Part shown: positions 1 through 9,396 of the stretch, one piece after another
Layout of the letters: every line of letters starts with the position of its first letter
How positions within the stretch are numbered: position 1 is the stretch's first letter
NCBI GenBank assembly: GCA_963813705.1
Contig: CAWFAH010000010.1
Location: 921,085 to 985,084 of the forward strand
Length of the DNA: 64,000 nt
Direction of reading: 5' to 3'
From: an uncultured Chloroflexia bacterium
GTDB taxonomy: Bacteria; Chloroflexota; Limnocylindria; Limnocylindrales; CSP1-4
The notes under the pieces: generated by a model
The model's input: the letters and a program-made list of their open reading frames with translations, nothing else
Databases searched by the model: none
What the model was told of the DNA's origin: nothing
Program-made: the position numbers and the translations under genes

Positions 1-334
1 CGAGCTTCTCGAACGTCTGCTTGATCTGCTCCGGGACGTCGTCCCAGGACTTCTCCTCGCGCTCGGACGGCTTGCGGTAGTAGACGATCCGGTCGAAGTC
101 GATGTGGGTCAGGTCGCCGCCCCAGGCCGGCATCGGCCGGGTCAGGAAGTGGTCGTACGCCCGCAGCCGGAACGCGAGCATCCAGTCCGGCTCACCCTTG
201 ATCCGGCTGATCTCCTCGACCGTCTCCCGGGTCAGGCCGCGCTTCGTCTGCTGGAGGTAGACGATGTCGTCCTTGAAGTCGAACTTGGAGCGGTCGTTGT
301 CGACGACGGGCTTGGTGACGGCCATGCGGCGCAT
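1..334 (-). CDS. sufB: Fe-S cluster assembly protein SufB, N-terminal ~111 aa; the gene continues beyond the window start
   Basis: Reverse-strand translation MRRMAVTKPVVDNDRSKFDFKDDIVYLQQTKRGLTRETVEEISRIKGEPDWMLAFRLRAYDHFLTRPMPAWGGDLTHIDFDRIVYYRKPSEREEKSWDDVPEQIKQTFEKL matches the conserved SufB N-terminus (EPxWM, DFDxIxYY motifs). ATG candidates lie at 325 and 334. Confidence 0.85.
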   Translation of the reverse strand, partial: MRRMAVTKPVVDNDRSKFDFKDDIVYLQQTKRGLTRETVEEISRIKGEPDWMLAFRLRAYDHFLTRPMPAWGGDLTHIDFDRIVYYRKPSEREEKSWDDVPEQIKQTFEKL

Positions 335-363
335 GCCTCCGGCGGCGGGTCTGGGGATTCCCT

Positions 364-405
364 AATTCCGACTCATATTATCGGAATTGACGGCGATTCC
401 GTCAA
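364..405. promoter_or_regulatory. Two adjacent palindromes (AATTCCGA-N9-TCGGAATT at 364-388; TTGACGG-N5-CCGTCAA at 387-405) in an AT-richer island 30-70 bp upstream of the sufB start; candidate operator for a suf regulator
   Basis: Perfect 8-bp and 7-bp inverted repeats read directly from the sequence. The local AT-rich stretch is unusual in a 72% GC genome. Position is appropriate for a promoter/operator of minus-strand sufB. Confidence 0.4.
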
Positions 406-464
406 CGCGCCGGTCGCTGCGCACGATGGCCGGAAGGAGGGGGCGGCTCCCCGGCCCGGGTCCA

Positions 465-747
465 CTACGTCCCGCGGTACGCCGAGTACTCCTTGCGACT
501 GGAGAGGAACCCGATCCCCCACGTCCCGAGATCGGCGCACACGGCCGCGATGAGGAACACCCAATTGAGGGGGCTGAGGCCGTTTCGCTGGACGAACCCG
601 TAGATGAAGGTCGTCCACGGGAGGACCAGGAACCCTCCCAGGAGCCAGACCGGGGAACCGAAGACCGACCCCCAGTAGGCCGCGTCGTTGTACCAGCCGA
701 CGAAGAGGAGCAACCGGGGCACGACCGCCCCGAAGATCGCAAGCATG
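465..747 (-). CDS. Small integral membrane protein (~93 aa, 3 predicted TM helices), hypothetical
   Basis: ORF MLAIFGAVVPRLLLFVGWYNDAAYWGSVFGSPVWLLGGFLVLPWTTFIYGF... is hydrophobic with high GC3. GGAAGG RBS lies 6 nt upstream of the ATG at 747. Confidence 0.5.
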
Positions 748-935
748 ACTCCCGCCTTCCTTGGAGGTCGTGTCGCACAAGGTCCGCACGACACGACGTC
801 TGCCCAGCCTACGGCAACGATGGCCGCGCTCCGATAGGACCTTCGGCCCGGACTGCCGCGAGCCCTCGCCCGACAGTTCGGCTGCGCGGCCCGTGCCGCG
901 AGAACCCACCGGGTGGACGCAATCCTGGCGGGCGC

Positions 936-2570
936 TCACGATGCCAGTGGCGCCTCGACCCGGACCGTTTCGCGCTCGTCCTTGTGCTCGTAGACCGTCG
1001 CGAGCGGGTCCTGGTGGCCGAGGAACAGCCACGCGATCGCGCCGCCGGCCATGGCCACGACCGCGCCGAAGACGAGGGCCACCCGGACGCCGGTCGTGTA
1101 GGCCTCGGCGTACGGAGCGATGCGACCCGCGTCCACTCCGTGCGAGAGCGTGGCGAATGCCGGCGTCCCGACGGCGGTCAACAGGTCGCGGAACCCGCCG
1201 AGGGCCGCGTCCGCCTCGGTGGCGGACAGGCCGCTCAGTGTCGCGCTGAACGCGGCGAGCGCGGCCTGCGCCACGATCGCCGTCACGAGGACGATCCCGA
1301 TCCGCGTGCCGACGGCGATCGACGCCTCGTTCAGGGCGGCCGCGGTCGCCGGCAGGCCACGCGGGACGCTGGCGAAGATGATCGCGGTGCGGACGGTCGT
1401 CGCGACGACGAACCCGGCGCCGACGAGAAGGCACGGAACGATGAAGCCGAGGTAGCCCGCGCCCGGTGTCGCGACGAGCGCGAGCACGAGGTCGCCGAGC
1501 CCGACGGCCAGCACCCCGGCCCCGACGAGCGTCCGCGGGGCGAAGCGACCGAGGAGGATCCCGGCGACCGGGCCGGCCAGGACGAGCCCGGCGAAGAGCG
1601 GGCCGAGGGCGACGACCGCCAGGAGCGGTCCGTAGCGCAGGATCAGCTGGAAGAACAGCGGCAGCTCGAGCATCGGGACCGTCTGGGCGAGCGCGAGCAC
1701 GAGCCCGACGAAGACCGCGATCGCCACCGGCCGGCGCCGAACGTTGATCGTCCCGGTGCCACGCCGTCGACGGTCGTGGGCGGCGGCCCCCGCGAGGGCG
1801 GCGCCACCAAGGAGGATCAGGGCCCAGCGAATGGGGTTGTCCCAGCCGCTCCCGAACCAGATGATCCCGGAGGTCAGCATGATGATGCCCAGCCCCCACA
1901 GGGCCGTCGCGACCACGTAGGGTCGCTCGACGACGGTCGGTCGGGCCAGGTCGGGCAGGCGGCCCCGGGCGATCGTCAACGCGATCAAGCTCGCCAGGAT
2001 CGCGGCGGCGAACGCGGGCCAGCGGGTGTCGGGCTGTAGCTGGAGCAACGTGGGCGCCAGGCCCTGCGATGCCCCGTAGGCGCCGTAGGCCAGGCCGATC
2101 GCCGTGGCGCGAGCGACCCCGCGGTAGCTCGTGGCGACCGCCGCGAGCGAGACCGGGATGACGAACGAGGCGGCGGCCGTCCCGGCGAACCGGCTCGCCA
2201 CGAAGATCGAGCCGTCCGGTGCGATCAACGAGATCGCGCTTGCGACGAGCTCGACGAGCAGCCCGCCGAGGACGATGGGACGGGCTCGCCGCGAATCACC
2301 CAGCACGCCACCGACAAGCAGGAGGGCGGCCCCGACGACGGCTGCCACGAGGCTTACCGCCTCGAGCTCCGGCCGTTCGCGGATCGCCGCCTGGACCGAC
2401 GGCAGCGAGGCGCTCCAGACTTTTGGATCCAGGCCGGCAGCGAAGAGGGCCGCCGAGCCGGCCAGCAAGGCGTTGCGCGCCGCAGGCTCCGCAAGGACGT
2501 CGGCAACGAAGGTCGGCAGCGGTGGTGTGCGCACGTGATGGGCTACCCGCACCGTCTGTCGCCGGGGCAA
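936..2570 (-). CDS. MFS transporter (14-TM drug:H+ antiporter-like)
   Basis: 544-aa ORF with ~14 hydrophobic helices and typical MFS loop motifs (GRLPDLARP..., RRRGTG between helices 6/7). Start codon uncertain. Confidence 0.85.
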   Translation of the reverse strand: MPRRQTVRVAHHVRTPPLPTFVADVLAEPAARNALLAGSAALFAAGLDPKVWSASLPSVQAAIRERPELEAVSLVAAVVGAALLLVGGVLGDSRRARPIVLGGLLVELVASAISLIAPDGSIFVASRFAGTAAASFVIPVSLAAVATSYRGVARATAIGLAYGAYGASQGLAPTLLQLQPDTRWPAFAAAILASLIALTIARGRLPDLARPTVVERPYVVATALWGLGIIMLTSGIIWFGSGWDNPIRWALILLGGAALAGAAAHDRRRRGTGTINVRRRPVAIAVFVGLVLALAQTVPMLELPLFFQLILRYGPLLAVVALGPLFAGLVLAGPVAGILLGRFAPRTLVGAGVLAVGLGDLVLALVATPGAGYLGFIVPCLLVGAGFVVATTVRTAIIFASVPRGLPATAAALNEASIAVGTRIGIVLVTAIVAQAALAAFSATLSGLSATEADAALGGFRDLLTAVGTPAFATLSHGVDAGRIAPYAEAYTTGVRVALVFGAVVAMAGGAIAWLFLGHQDPLATVYEHKDERETVRVEAPLAS

Positions 2571-2754
2571 CGGCTCACGATCGCCGTCCGAAGATCGCCC
2601 CGAACACGCCGCGCAGGAGGCCGAGCGCCGCGGCGATGGCGAACACCACGATCAGGCCGATGATCAGGACCGGCCAGAGCGGCCACGGCACGACGACGAA
2701 CAGGACGATGACGAGCAGCCCGACGAGGACGCAGCCGAGCACGCCCGGAGCCGC

Positions 2755-4893
2755 CTAGCTCGCCGCGACGGGCGCTGCCGACTCCGGCGCCGCCGCGACC
2801 GGCGCGGGTGTCGCGGCCGTGCGACCGAGCTCGATCCCGATCGACTCGAGCCAGCGCCGGATGTTGCGGTAGATCGCCGGCGCCCCGAGCGGGATCGGCT
2901 CGTCGAGCTCCCACTCGGTCGGGTGGAGGATGAACGGCTCGGTCTGCGGACCGCCGAGCCCGCCGTGCGATCCGATCAGCTCCTCGAACGCGGCCACCTC
3001 GCCCAGCTCGGGGTCGTACTGGCTGATGAGCAGCAGGTCCGGGGCGTGGGTCATCGCGTCCTCGCGCTTGAGGCTCATGATCGTGTGCGGCCCGAACAGG
3101 GCCGTCGGGTCGTCGCCGTCGACCCGGTCCTGGTCGAGGTAGCGCACGCCCTTCGGGCCGAGCACGACGGCCCCCTGGCTTGCCGTGCGGACCATCAGCA
3201 TCGCCACGCCCGGGTGCGCGGCCAGCGTCGTGACGAGGTTCGGGTGGAGCTCCTCGAGCTCCTCGGCCGTCAGCCGATGATCGTTCCCGGTGAACCAGAC
3301 GAGACCGAGGTTGCCCGACCCGACCACCACGATCGTCGACTCGTCGGCCGGCGGGGGGAGCTCCTCCTGGTCGAGATCGACGACGCCGTCGGTCGTCCGG
3401 CTGGCCAGCGCGGCCCGGGCGACGGTGGGGCCTACCCCGCGGCTCCGGGTGATCTCGGACAGGAACGAGTTGACGAACGTCGATCCCTCGGCCTGGGTCG
3501 TCGTCTGCACGACGGTTGCGCGTCCGCTCATCAGGTCGCGGACCACCTCGCCGAGGCTCTTCCCGTAGCGCTGCTTGAACGTGGCGCCGAGGCTCTGGCC
3601 GTGGTCCGACAGGACGATGAACCGGTACGGGCGGGGAGCATCCTCGGCCGCCTTGGCGAGGACCGCGATCGCCGCGTCGACGCCGTCGAGCGCCTCGAAC
3701 GACTCGACCCGCTCGGGTCCGCAGTGGTGGGCCAGCTCGTCGTAGTCGGTGAAGTCGCAGTAGATGACGTTCGTGCCGCGGTACATCTCGTCGATGACGA
3801 GCGACGTGTTGACGTCGCGCAGGAAGACGTTGCTCGCGGCGCGCATCCCCGCGTACTTCATCCCCCGGTGCATCTGCGGCTGGATGCCGGCCCGCCGGGT
3901 GCGCCGCGCCTGGACGAGCTCCTTGATGAACTCGCCGAGGAACAGGGTGAACGAGCGGAGGTAGCCGGTCGGGCTGAAGAAGAAGCCCATGAACGCCTTG
4001 CTGTCGCCGATCCCCTGCGATTCGTCCTTGATCGCCGCCGTGGTGAGGTAGGAGCGCGTCGCATCGCCGGTCATCAGGTTGCAGATGCTGGCGCCGTTGT
4101 TCGACAGGAGGCCCTCGCCGTTCGACAGGCGCCGGACGATCTCGCCCGCGTCGACCGGGTTGCTCGAGACCATCAGGTGCTGACGATCGCGCTCGTACCA
4201 GCGGAAGGCGGGGATCCCGTCGTTCGTCCCGTGGAGGATGCCGGCCTGGGAGGCCGAGGTCATCGACGGCAGGATCGCCTCCCAGCGCGACAGGGTATGG
4301 CTCTTATCGCGGACCCAGCCGGCCATCGTGTTGACCGAGCCGGCCCGGATCCGACCGGCCAGGATCGGGTAGGCGAGACCGTCGATCTGGAGGATGACGA
4401 CGCCCGGCTTGTCGCTCTTCGGGCCGGCTCGCTGGACGAGCAGGCTCTGGACGAGCAGCCCGTAGAACGACCCGCCGCGGTCGACCCCGAGGATGGAGGT
4501 GAGGATCGTGTTCACGATCGCGTACACGAACGACCCGACGAGCGCGGTCAGGAACGCGTCGACGTGGACGCCGGGCGACCACTGGGCGACCACGAGGAAG
4601 GCGACCACCTGGAGGACGAGGACGAGGACGCCGGTCAGGATGAGCGAACGGGCGGCCACGAACGCCAGCAGGACGGTCCGCACGACCGCGTTGAACAGCG
4701 CCATCAGGATCACGGCGAGGACGGCGGCCCACAGCGAATCGAGGGTGATCCTCGGGAGCAGCCACGCCGTGATGACGAACGAGACCGTCGCGACGAGCAG
4801 GGTGAGGATCAGTCGTCGGACGAGCGCCCACGGGCCGCCGCGCCACTCCCAGAGGACCCGCAGCTGGGTCCGGTACAGATCGAGCAGGCCCAT
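2755..4893 (-). CDS. Membrane-anchored alkaline phosphatase / nucleotide pyrophosphatase-phosphodiesterase (type I phosphodiesterase) family protein with N-terminal holin-like 4-TM domain
   Basis: N-terminal 140 aa forms 4 TM helices. Catalytic domain motifs VVILQIDGLAY, PSMTSASQAGILHG (PTKTFPNH-like) and SDHGQ match the NPP/AlkP superfamily. Confidence 0.85.
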   Translation of the reverse strand: MGLLDLYRTQLRVLWEWRGGPWALVRRLILTLLVATVSFVITAWLLPRITLDSLWAAVLAVILMALFNAVVRTVLLAFVAARSLILTGVLVLVLQVVAFLVVAQWSPGVHVDAFLTALVGSFVYAIVNTILTSILGVDRGGSFYGLLVQSLLVQRAGPKSDKPGVVILQIDGLAYPILAGRIRAGSVNTMAGWVRDKSHTLSRWEAILPSMTSASQAGILHGTNDGIPAFRWYERDRQHLMVSSNPVDAGEIVRRLSNGEGLLSNNGASICNLMTGDATRSYLTTAAIKDESQGIGDSKAFMGFFFSPTGYLRSFTLFLGEFIKELVQARRTRRAGIQPQMHRGMKYAGMRAASNVFLRDVNTSLVIDEMYRGTNVIYCDFTDYDELAHHCGPERVESFEALDGVDAAIAVLAKAAEDAPRPYRFIVLSDHGQSLGATFKQRYGKSLGEVVRDLMSGRATVVQTTTQAEGSTFVNSFLSEITRSRGVGPTVARAALASRTTDGVVDLDQEELPPPADESTIVVVGSGNLGLVWFTGNDHRLTAEELEELHPNLVTTLAAHPGVAMLMVRTASQGAVVLGPKGVRYLDQDRVDGDDPTALFGPHTIMSLKREDAMTHAPDLLLISQYDPELGEVAAFEELIGSHGGLGGPQTEPFILHPTEWELDEPIPLGAPAIYRNIRRWLESIGIELGRTAATPAPVAAAPESAAPVAAS

Positions 4894-5016
4894 CGGTTGG
4901 CTCCCTCGCGGCCGGTACGTCGGTTCGACGAGCCCTGAGCATAGTCGAGCGAATCCCGGCCAACGTCACCCGAATCGGGTGGTTCCGCGGCGCGGGCCAA
5001 CGGGTACGCTTGTCCC

Positions 5017-5445
5017 GTGAAGGCCGTTCGGCGGGTCCCGTTCGGGGTGTGGGTGGTGGCGATCCTCGAGATCGTCCTGACCGGGATCCTGTTCCTCGAC
5101 GCGACCGGGATCCGCCCGTCGAACAGCACCAGCATCCTCGCCCAGCTCGGTGGGACCGGCGGTCCGCTCTCGTGGGCCATCGGCGGCCTCGCCGTGGTCG
5201 GGGTCGTCGCTGCCATCGCGCTCCTCCGGCTGATGCCCATCGGGTTCGTCGCGACGACGCTCCTGGCCGGAACCGGCCTCCTCAACGAGCTCGGCTCACG
5301 GCTCAGCGGCCACACGGACGACCTCCGGCTCGGGATTCTCGTCGTCGTCGTCCTCTACCTCAACCAGCCGGCGGTGCGGGCCGTGTTCGGCCGCGATAAC
5401 CCGGCCGAGCGGGCCCCGACGCCACGCGGAGCGGAGGGCGAATGA
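5017..5445 (+). CDS. Hypothetical integral membrane protein (142 aa, 4 TM)
   Basis: GTG start. Hydrophobic helices. Its stop overlaps the ATG of the next gene (ATGA), implying translational coupling. Confidence 0.55.
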   Translation: MKAVRRVPFGVWVVAILEIVLTGILFLDATGIRPSNSTSILAQLGGTGGPLSWAIGGLAVVGVVAAIALLRLMPIGFVATTLLAGTGLLNELGSRLSGHTDDLRLGILVVVVLYLNQPAVRAVFGRDNPAERAPTPRGAEGE

Positions 5446-7247
5446 CGTCCGACCTCGAGCTCCTGCGCGCCTACGAGCCGGTGATCCAGTACACCGAGGG
5501 GGAGCTGTTCTTCCCGACCGCCGTCGAGCCGTACCTGGCCGAATGCGACCTCCTGGTGGGGACCGCCGCCGGTCACGCCCGGCTGCTCATCCCGCGGGGC
5601 GAGCTCGATGCCGCGACGCTCGCCCGCCAGGTCGCCCCGCCCGGGGAGACGCTGTTCCTGCGGCTGGTCCAGGAGCCGCTCGGTGGCCTGGCGCTCGCCC
5701 AGTGGTCACGACGACCCGACCACCCCGTCTTCCGGGCGCCCGGACGGCTGGCTCGGGTCGGGCTCTTCGCCCGGCTGGTCGACGCCGGATTCAACGCCTC
5801 GCTCCTCCTCCGCGGAACGGTCCCTGGCGGGACGGCCGCGGCGGCGTCGGTCAAGTACGAGGCCGCCCGGGCGCGTGACCCGCGCTACGTCTACCACGGA
5901 CGGGTCGTCCGGCGGGGCGGCTGGATCGTCCTCCACTACCTGTACTTCTACTTCATGAACGACTGGCGATCGACCTTCGCAGGCGCGAACGACCACGAGG
6001 CCGATCTCGAGCAGGCCTTCGTCGTGCTCGAGGACGCGCCGGAGGGTCCGCGCCCGATCTGGTTCGGCTGCGCGGCCCATGACTACTCGGGCGACGAGCT
6101 CCGCCGGCGCTGGGACGACCCGTTCATCACCCTCGTCGGGGACCATCCGGTCATCCACGCCGGGGCCGGCTCGCACGCGGCGTACTTCGAGGCCGGGGAG
6201 TACATCACGACGGTTCCCCTGCCAGCGTTCCGGGGGCTCCGCGGGCTGTTCGACGGTCTCCGTCACGTCTGGCGCGACACGCTCCGCCAGGGCGACCCGG
6301 GTGACCTCGGGGCACGGGTCGAAGCGGCGCTGAGCATCCCGTTCATCGACTACGCGCGCGGCGACGGCCGGGCGATCGGTCCCGGGCAGACGTCCGAATG
6401 GTCGGTCGTCGAGGTCGACGACGACGTCCCGTGGGTCGACGGCTACCGCGGCCTGTGGGGCCTCGACACGCGCGACCGCTTTGCCGGGGAGCGGGCGCCG
6501 GCCGGTCTCAAGTACACCCGGACCGGGTCCGTCCGGCCGTCGTGGAACGACCCGATCGGGTTCCTCGGCCTCGACAAGGTGGCGCCGCCGTTCGCGGTCG
6601 TCGGCGCGATCGACGACCGGCGCGCCGAGCTCGACGACGAGGCCGCAAAGCTCGACGCCGAGATCGCCACGGCGGCCGACGGGATCACCGGCCGCGACCA
6701 GGCCGTCAAGGCGCTGGCGGCCGACGGGGCGCTCGTCAAGGCCCACGAGCGACGGGCCGCCGAGCTGGCGGCCGAGGAGGCCGAGCTCGCGCGGCTCCGC
6801 GCCGGGCGGGTCGAGCTCGACGACGAGCGGGCCGCCCTCGACCATCGTCGCGCCGCCGCCCTCGCCGGCGAGCGGGGTGACCCGCGGGCCCACCTCCACC
6901 ACGACCACCACCCCCAGACGACCGGCGACCAGCATTACGGCCGCCTGGTCGAGTTCTGGTCGGCCGTGAGCGTGGGGCTCGGGATGATCGCCCTCATCGC
7001 CCTGCTCTTCGTCGTCCATCTGCCGATCTGGGCCGGCATCGTGCTCGCCGTCGGCGGCTACCTCGTGCTCGAGGCGGCCTTCCGCCGTCGCCTGGTCGAC
7101 CTGCTCCTCCGGATCACGCTCGTGCTCGCCCTGCTCGGCGCGGTGATCCTCGCCGTGACGTATGCCGTCGTGATCGTGGTGCTCGCGATCGTCGGCGTCG
7201 CGGTCCTCACCCTGATCGACAACATCCGCGAGATCCGCGCGAGCTAA
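5442..7247 (+). CDS. Hypothetical protein, 601 aa: N-terminal ~390-aa globular domain with aromatic motif GWIVLHYLYFYFMNDW (Vps62/DUF946-like), central coiled coil, His-rich linker (HLHHDHHP), C-terminal 3-TM anchor
   Basis: Long GC3-biased ORF. No N-terminal signal peptide. Residues ~395-470 are heptad-like Ala/Glu/Leu/Arg-rich. The last ~100 aa are strongly hydrophobic. Confidence 0.8.
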   Translation: MTSDLELLRAYEPVIQYTEGELFFPTAVEPYLAECDLLVGTAAGHARLLIPRGELDAATLARQVAPPGETLFLRLVQEPLGGLALAQWSRRPDHPVFRAPGRLARVGLFARLVDAGFNASLLLRGTVPGGTAAAASVKYEAARARDPRYVYHGRVVRRGGWIVLHYLYFYFMNDWRSTFAGANDHEADLEQAFVVLEDAPEGPRPIWFGCAAHDYSGDELRRRWDDPFITLVGDHPVIHAGAGSHAAYFEAGEYITTVPLPAFRGLRGLFDGLRHVWRDTLRQGDPGDLGARVEAALSIPFIDYARGDGRAIGPGQTSEWSVVEVDDDVPWVDGYRGLWGLDTRDRFAGERAPAGLKYTRTGSVRPSWNDPIGFLGLDKVAPPFAVVGAIDDRRAELDDEAAKLDAEIATAADGITGRDQAVKALAADGALVKAHERRAAELAAEEAELARLRAGRVELDDERAALDHRRAAALAGERGDPRAHLHHDHHPQTTGDQHYGRLVEFWSAVSVGLGMIALIALLFVVHLPIWAGIVLAVGGYLVLEAAFRRRLVDLLLRITLVLALLGAVILAVTYAVVIVVLAIVGVAVLTLIDNIREIRAS

Positions 7248-7258
7248 GGAGCCCCGTC

Positions 7259-8635
7259 ATGCCGGACATCGAGCAGCCATCCGCCGCACCCGTGGCGCCG
7301 CGGCGACGGCGCCCGAGAGCCAGGGCGATCGCGGCCGTCGTCCTCGGCCTGCTCGCCTGTGTCGCCCTGGTCGCCACCACGACGATCGGCTGGATCCACC
7401 AGGTCGCCCTCAACACCGATCGGTTCGTCGCCCTGACGTCGGCCGTCGTGGAGGACCCGGCGGTCATCGACTCGCTGAGCCACCGGGTGAGCCAGCAGGT
7501 CGTCGTCGCGCTCGACGTCGAGGGCCGGCTGGCGACCGCCCTGCCGGGCAACGCCAAGCTCCTTGCCGGGCCGATCGCCGGTTCGGTCGAGGACCGCCTC
7601 CAGGTCGGGCTCGCCAACCTGATGCAGACCGAGGGCTTCCAGCGGGCGTGGGAGCAGTCGACCCGGTTCGCCCACCAGCAGATCGTGGCCATCCTGCGCG
7701 GTGATTCGACGGTCATCACGATCGACAACGGGGTGGTGACGCTCAACGTGTTCCCGCTCGTCAACGGCGCGCTGGCGACGCTCCAGGCCGAGGGCGTGAT
7801 CCCGGCTTCGGTCACGCTGCCCGAGCTGTCGGCCTCGTCGACCCCCAGCGTGGCGCGGACGGCGCTCCAGTCGGCGCTCGGGATCACCCTCCCGGCGGAC
7901 TTCGGGACGATCGCCCTGGTCCAGGCCGACCGACTCGAGGCCGCCCAGACCGCGGTTCGCGTGTTCGACCTCCTGGTGATCGTGGCGATCGTGGTCACGA
8001 TCCTGCTGTTCGTCGCCGCGGCATACATCGCCCGTGACCGGCGCCGGGCGGTGATCCTCCTCGGGGTCGGGGCAGTGATCGCGCTCCTCGTCGCCCGGGC
8101 CGGCCTGCGCGGGCTCGAGAACGCGATCGTCGACTCGGTGGCCAACGCCGACGGGGCGGTGATCGCCCGCGGCCTGTTCGACACCGTGCTCAACGACCTG
8201 TTCGGGCTGATGGTGATCGTCACGGCGATCGGCGCGGCGGTCGCGATCGTGGCCTGGCTGATCGGACGGCGGGAGCAGATCCGCGAGCTCGCCGGGTCGA
8301 CCGGCTCGGTGGTGCGCCAGAAGACGGCCGCGGGGACCGGCGCCGCCAAGGCGATGGCCGCGTCGGCCTCGGACCGCGCCGGCGGAGCGGCGGCGGGTGG
8401 TGCGGCCGCGGCGGTGCCGGCGACCGTGGTGGCCCGGACCTGGGCCCGTGCGAACCTGCGGCTGCTCCGGCTGTCCGGGATCGCCGTCGCGGCCGCCTGG
8501 CTGGCGATCATCGCCGTCGGCTGGGAGCCGGTCGTCGTGATCGGGGCGCTGCTCGTCCTCTTCGAGGTCGGGCTCGAGCCGCTCCTGGGCGAATCGGCCG
8601 ACGGCACCGAGACAGCCGCCGAGGCCGGCGCCTGA
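7259..8635 (+). CDS. Hypothetical polytopic membrane protein (458 aa): N-terminal TM, ~200-aa extracytoplasmic domain, then multiple TM helices
   Basis: Starts 11 bp after the preceding gene. Hydrophobicity pattern and GC3 bias support it. No family recognised. Confidence 0.75.
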   Translation: MPDIEQPSAAPVAPRRRRPRARAIAAVVLGLLACVALVATTTIGWIHQVALNTDRFVALTSAVVEDPAVIDSLSHRVSQQVVVALDVEGRLATALPGNAKLLAGPIAGSVEDRLQVGLANLMQTEGFQRAWEQSTRFAHQQIVAILRGDSTVITIDNGVVTLNVFPLVNGALATLQAEGVIPASVTLPELSASSTPSVARTALQSALGITLPADFGTIALVQADRLEAAQTAVRVFDLLVIVAIVVTILLFVAAAYIARDRRRAVILLGVGAVIALLVARAGLRGLENAIVDSVANADGAVIARGLFDTVLNDLFGLMVIVTAIGAAVAIVAWLIGRREQIRELAGSTGSVVRQKTAAGTGAAKAMAASASDRAGGAAAGGAAAAVPATVVARTWARANLRLLRLSGIAVAAAWLAIIAVGWEPVVVIGALLVLFEVGLEPLLGESADGTETAAEAGA

Positions 8636-8659
8636 CGGGCCTCCGACCGGCCGGCGTCG

Positions 8660-9295
8660 TCAGCCGAAGCGGGCGCCCTCCGGGTCGAGCACGTAGGTCG
8701 GGGTCGACCGGACCTGGGCCAGGATCCCGGCGATCGCGACGACGACGAAGACGAGGATCCACAGCGTCGACTGCTTGACGATCGCGTCGACCGGGCCCTG
8801 CTCGAGGTCGGACAGCTTGATCGTGCCGAAGATGAGCAGCACCCCGGCGACCGCCGTGGCCGCCCCGATCACCGCCGTGAGCACGATCACCAGGTACTTC
8901 GGGACCGCCAGGAGGACCCCGGCGATCGCCAGGACGATGGCCGCCCCGGCGGCGACGATGAACTCGAGGATGCCGCCGCCGAGTCCGATCGCGTTCATCA
9001 GCGCGGCCCCGAGCGCGGCGCCCACGGCGCCGCACAGGATGATGACGTCGATGATGAAGAAGAAGTAGGCGAGCAGCCCGAAGGCCACGCCCCCGACCAG
9101 GCCGACGACCCAGCCGGTCACCGTGCTCAGGAACCCATCGCCGAACAGGGCCGTCACCGCGGCCGAGCCGACGTAGAAGCCGGCGACGAACCCGAAGATC
9201 GGGAGCAGGATCAGGAAGAACCGGTAGCCGGCGACGACGAGCCCGGCTCCGATGAGCAGGGCGACGAGCCCGACGACGAGCGTCTCCAGGGTCAT
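8660..9295 (-). CDS. Hypothetical integral membrane protein (~211 aa, 6 TM)
   Basis: Start chosen at MTLETLVV, which has a GGGAGG RBS 8 nt upstream. Highly hydrophobic, Gly/Ala-rich helices. Confidence 0.75.
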   Translation of the reverse strand: MTLETLVVGLVALLIGAGLVVAGYRFFLILLPIFGFVAGFYVGSAAVTALFGDGFLSTVTGWVVGLVGGVAFGLLAYFFFIIDVIILCGAVGAALGAALMNAIGLGGGILEFIVAAGAAIVLAIAGVLLAVPKYLVIVLTAVIGAATAVAGVLLIFGTIKLSDLEQGPVDAIVKQSTLWILVFVVVAIAGILAQVRSTPTYVLDPEGARFG

Positions 9296-9396
9296 GACGA
9301 GCAACCTCCCTCAGCGGTCGAGGGGATGCTAGCGCCCGCGACCATGCCGGGACAACCCGCGGAGGCGGGCCGGTCTGCCGGTCGCCGCTGCCCGGT

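Noticed and set aside
373-2039. Very long overlapping ORFs (387-2039 +, 373-1899 -) rich in Arg/Pro/Gly
   Set aside because: They are antisense or off-frame relative to the well-supported MFS transporter and membrane protein genes. They show low-complexity RPG-rich translation typical of non-coding frames in 72% GC DNA, with no RBS or family match.
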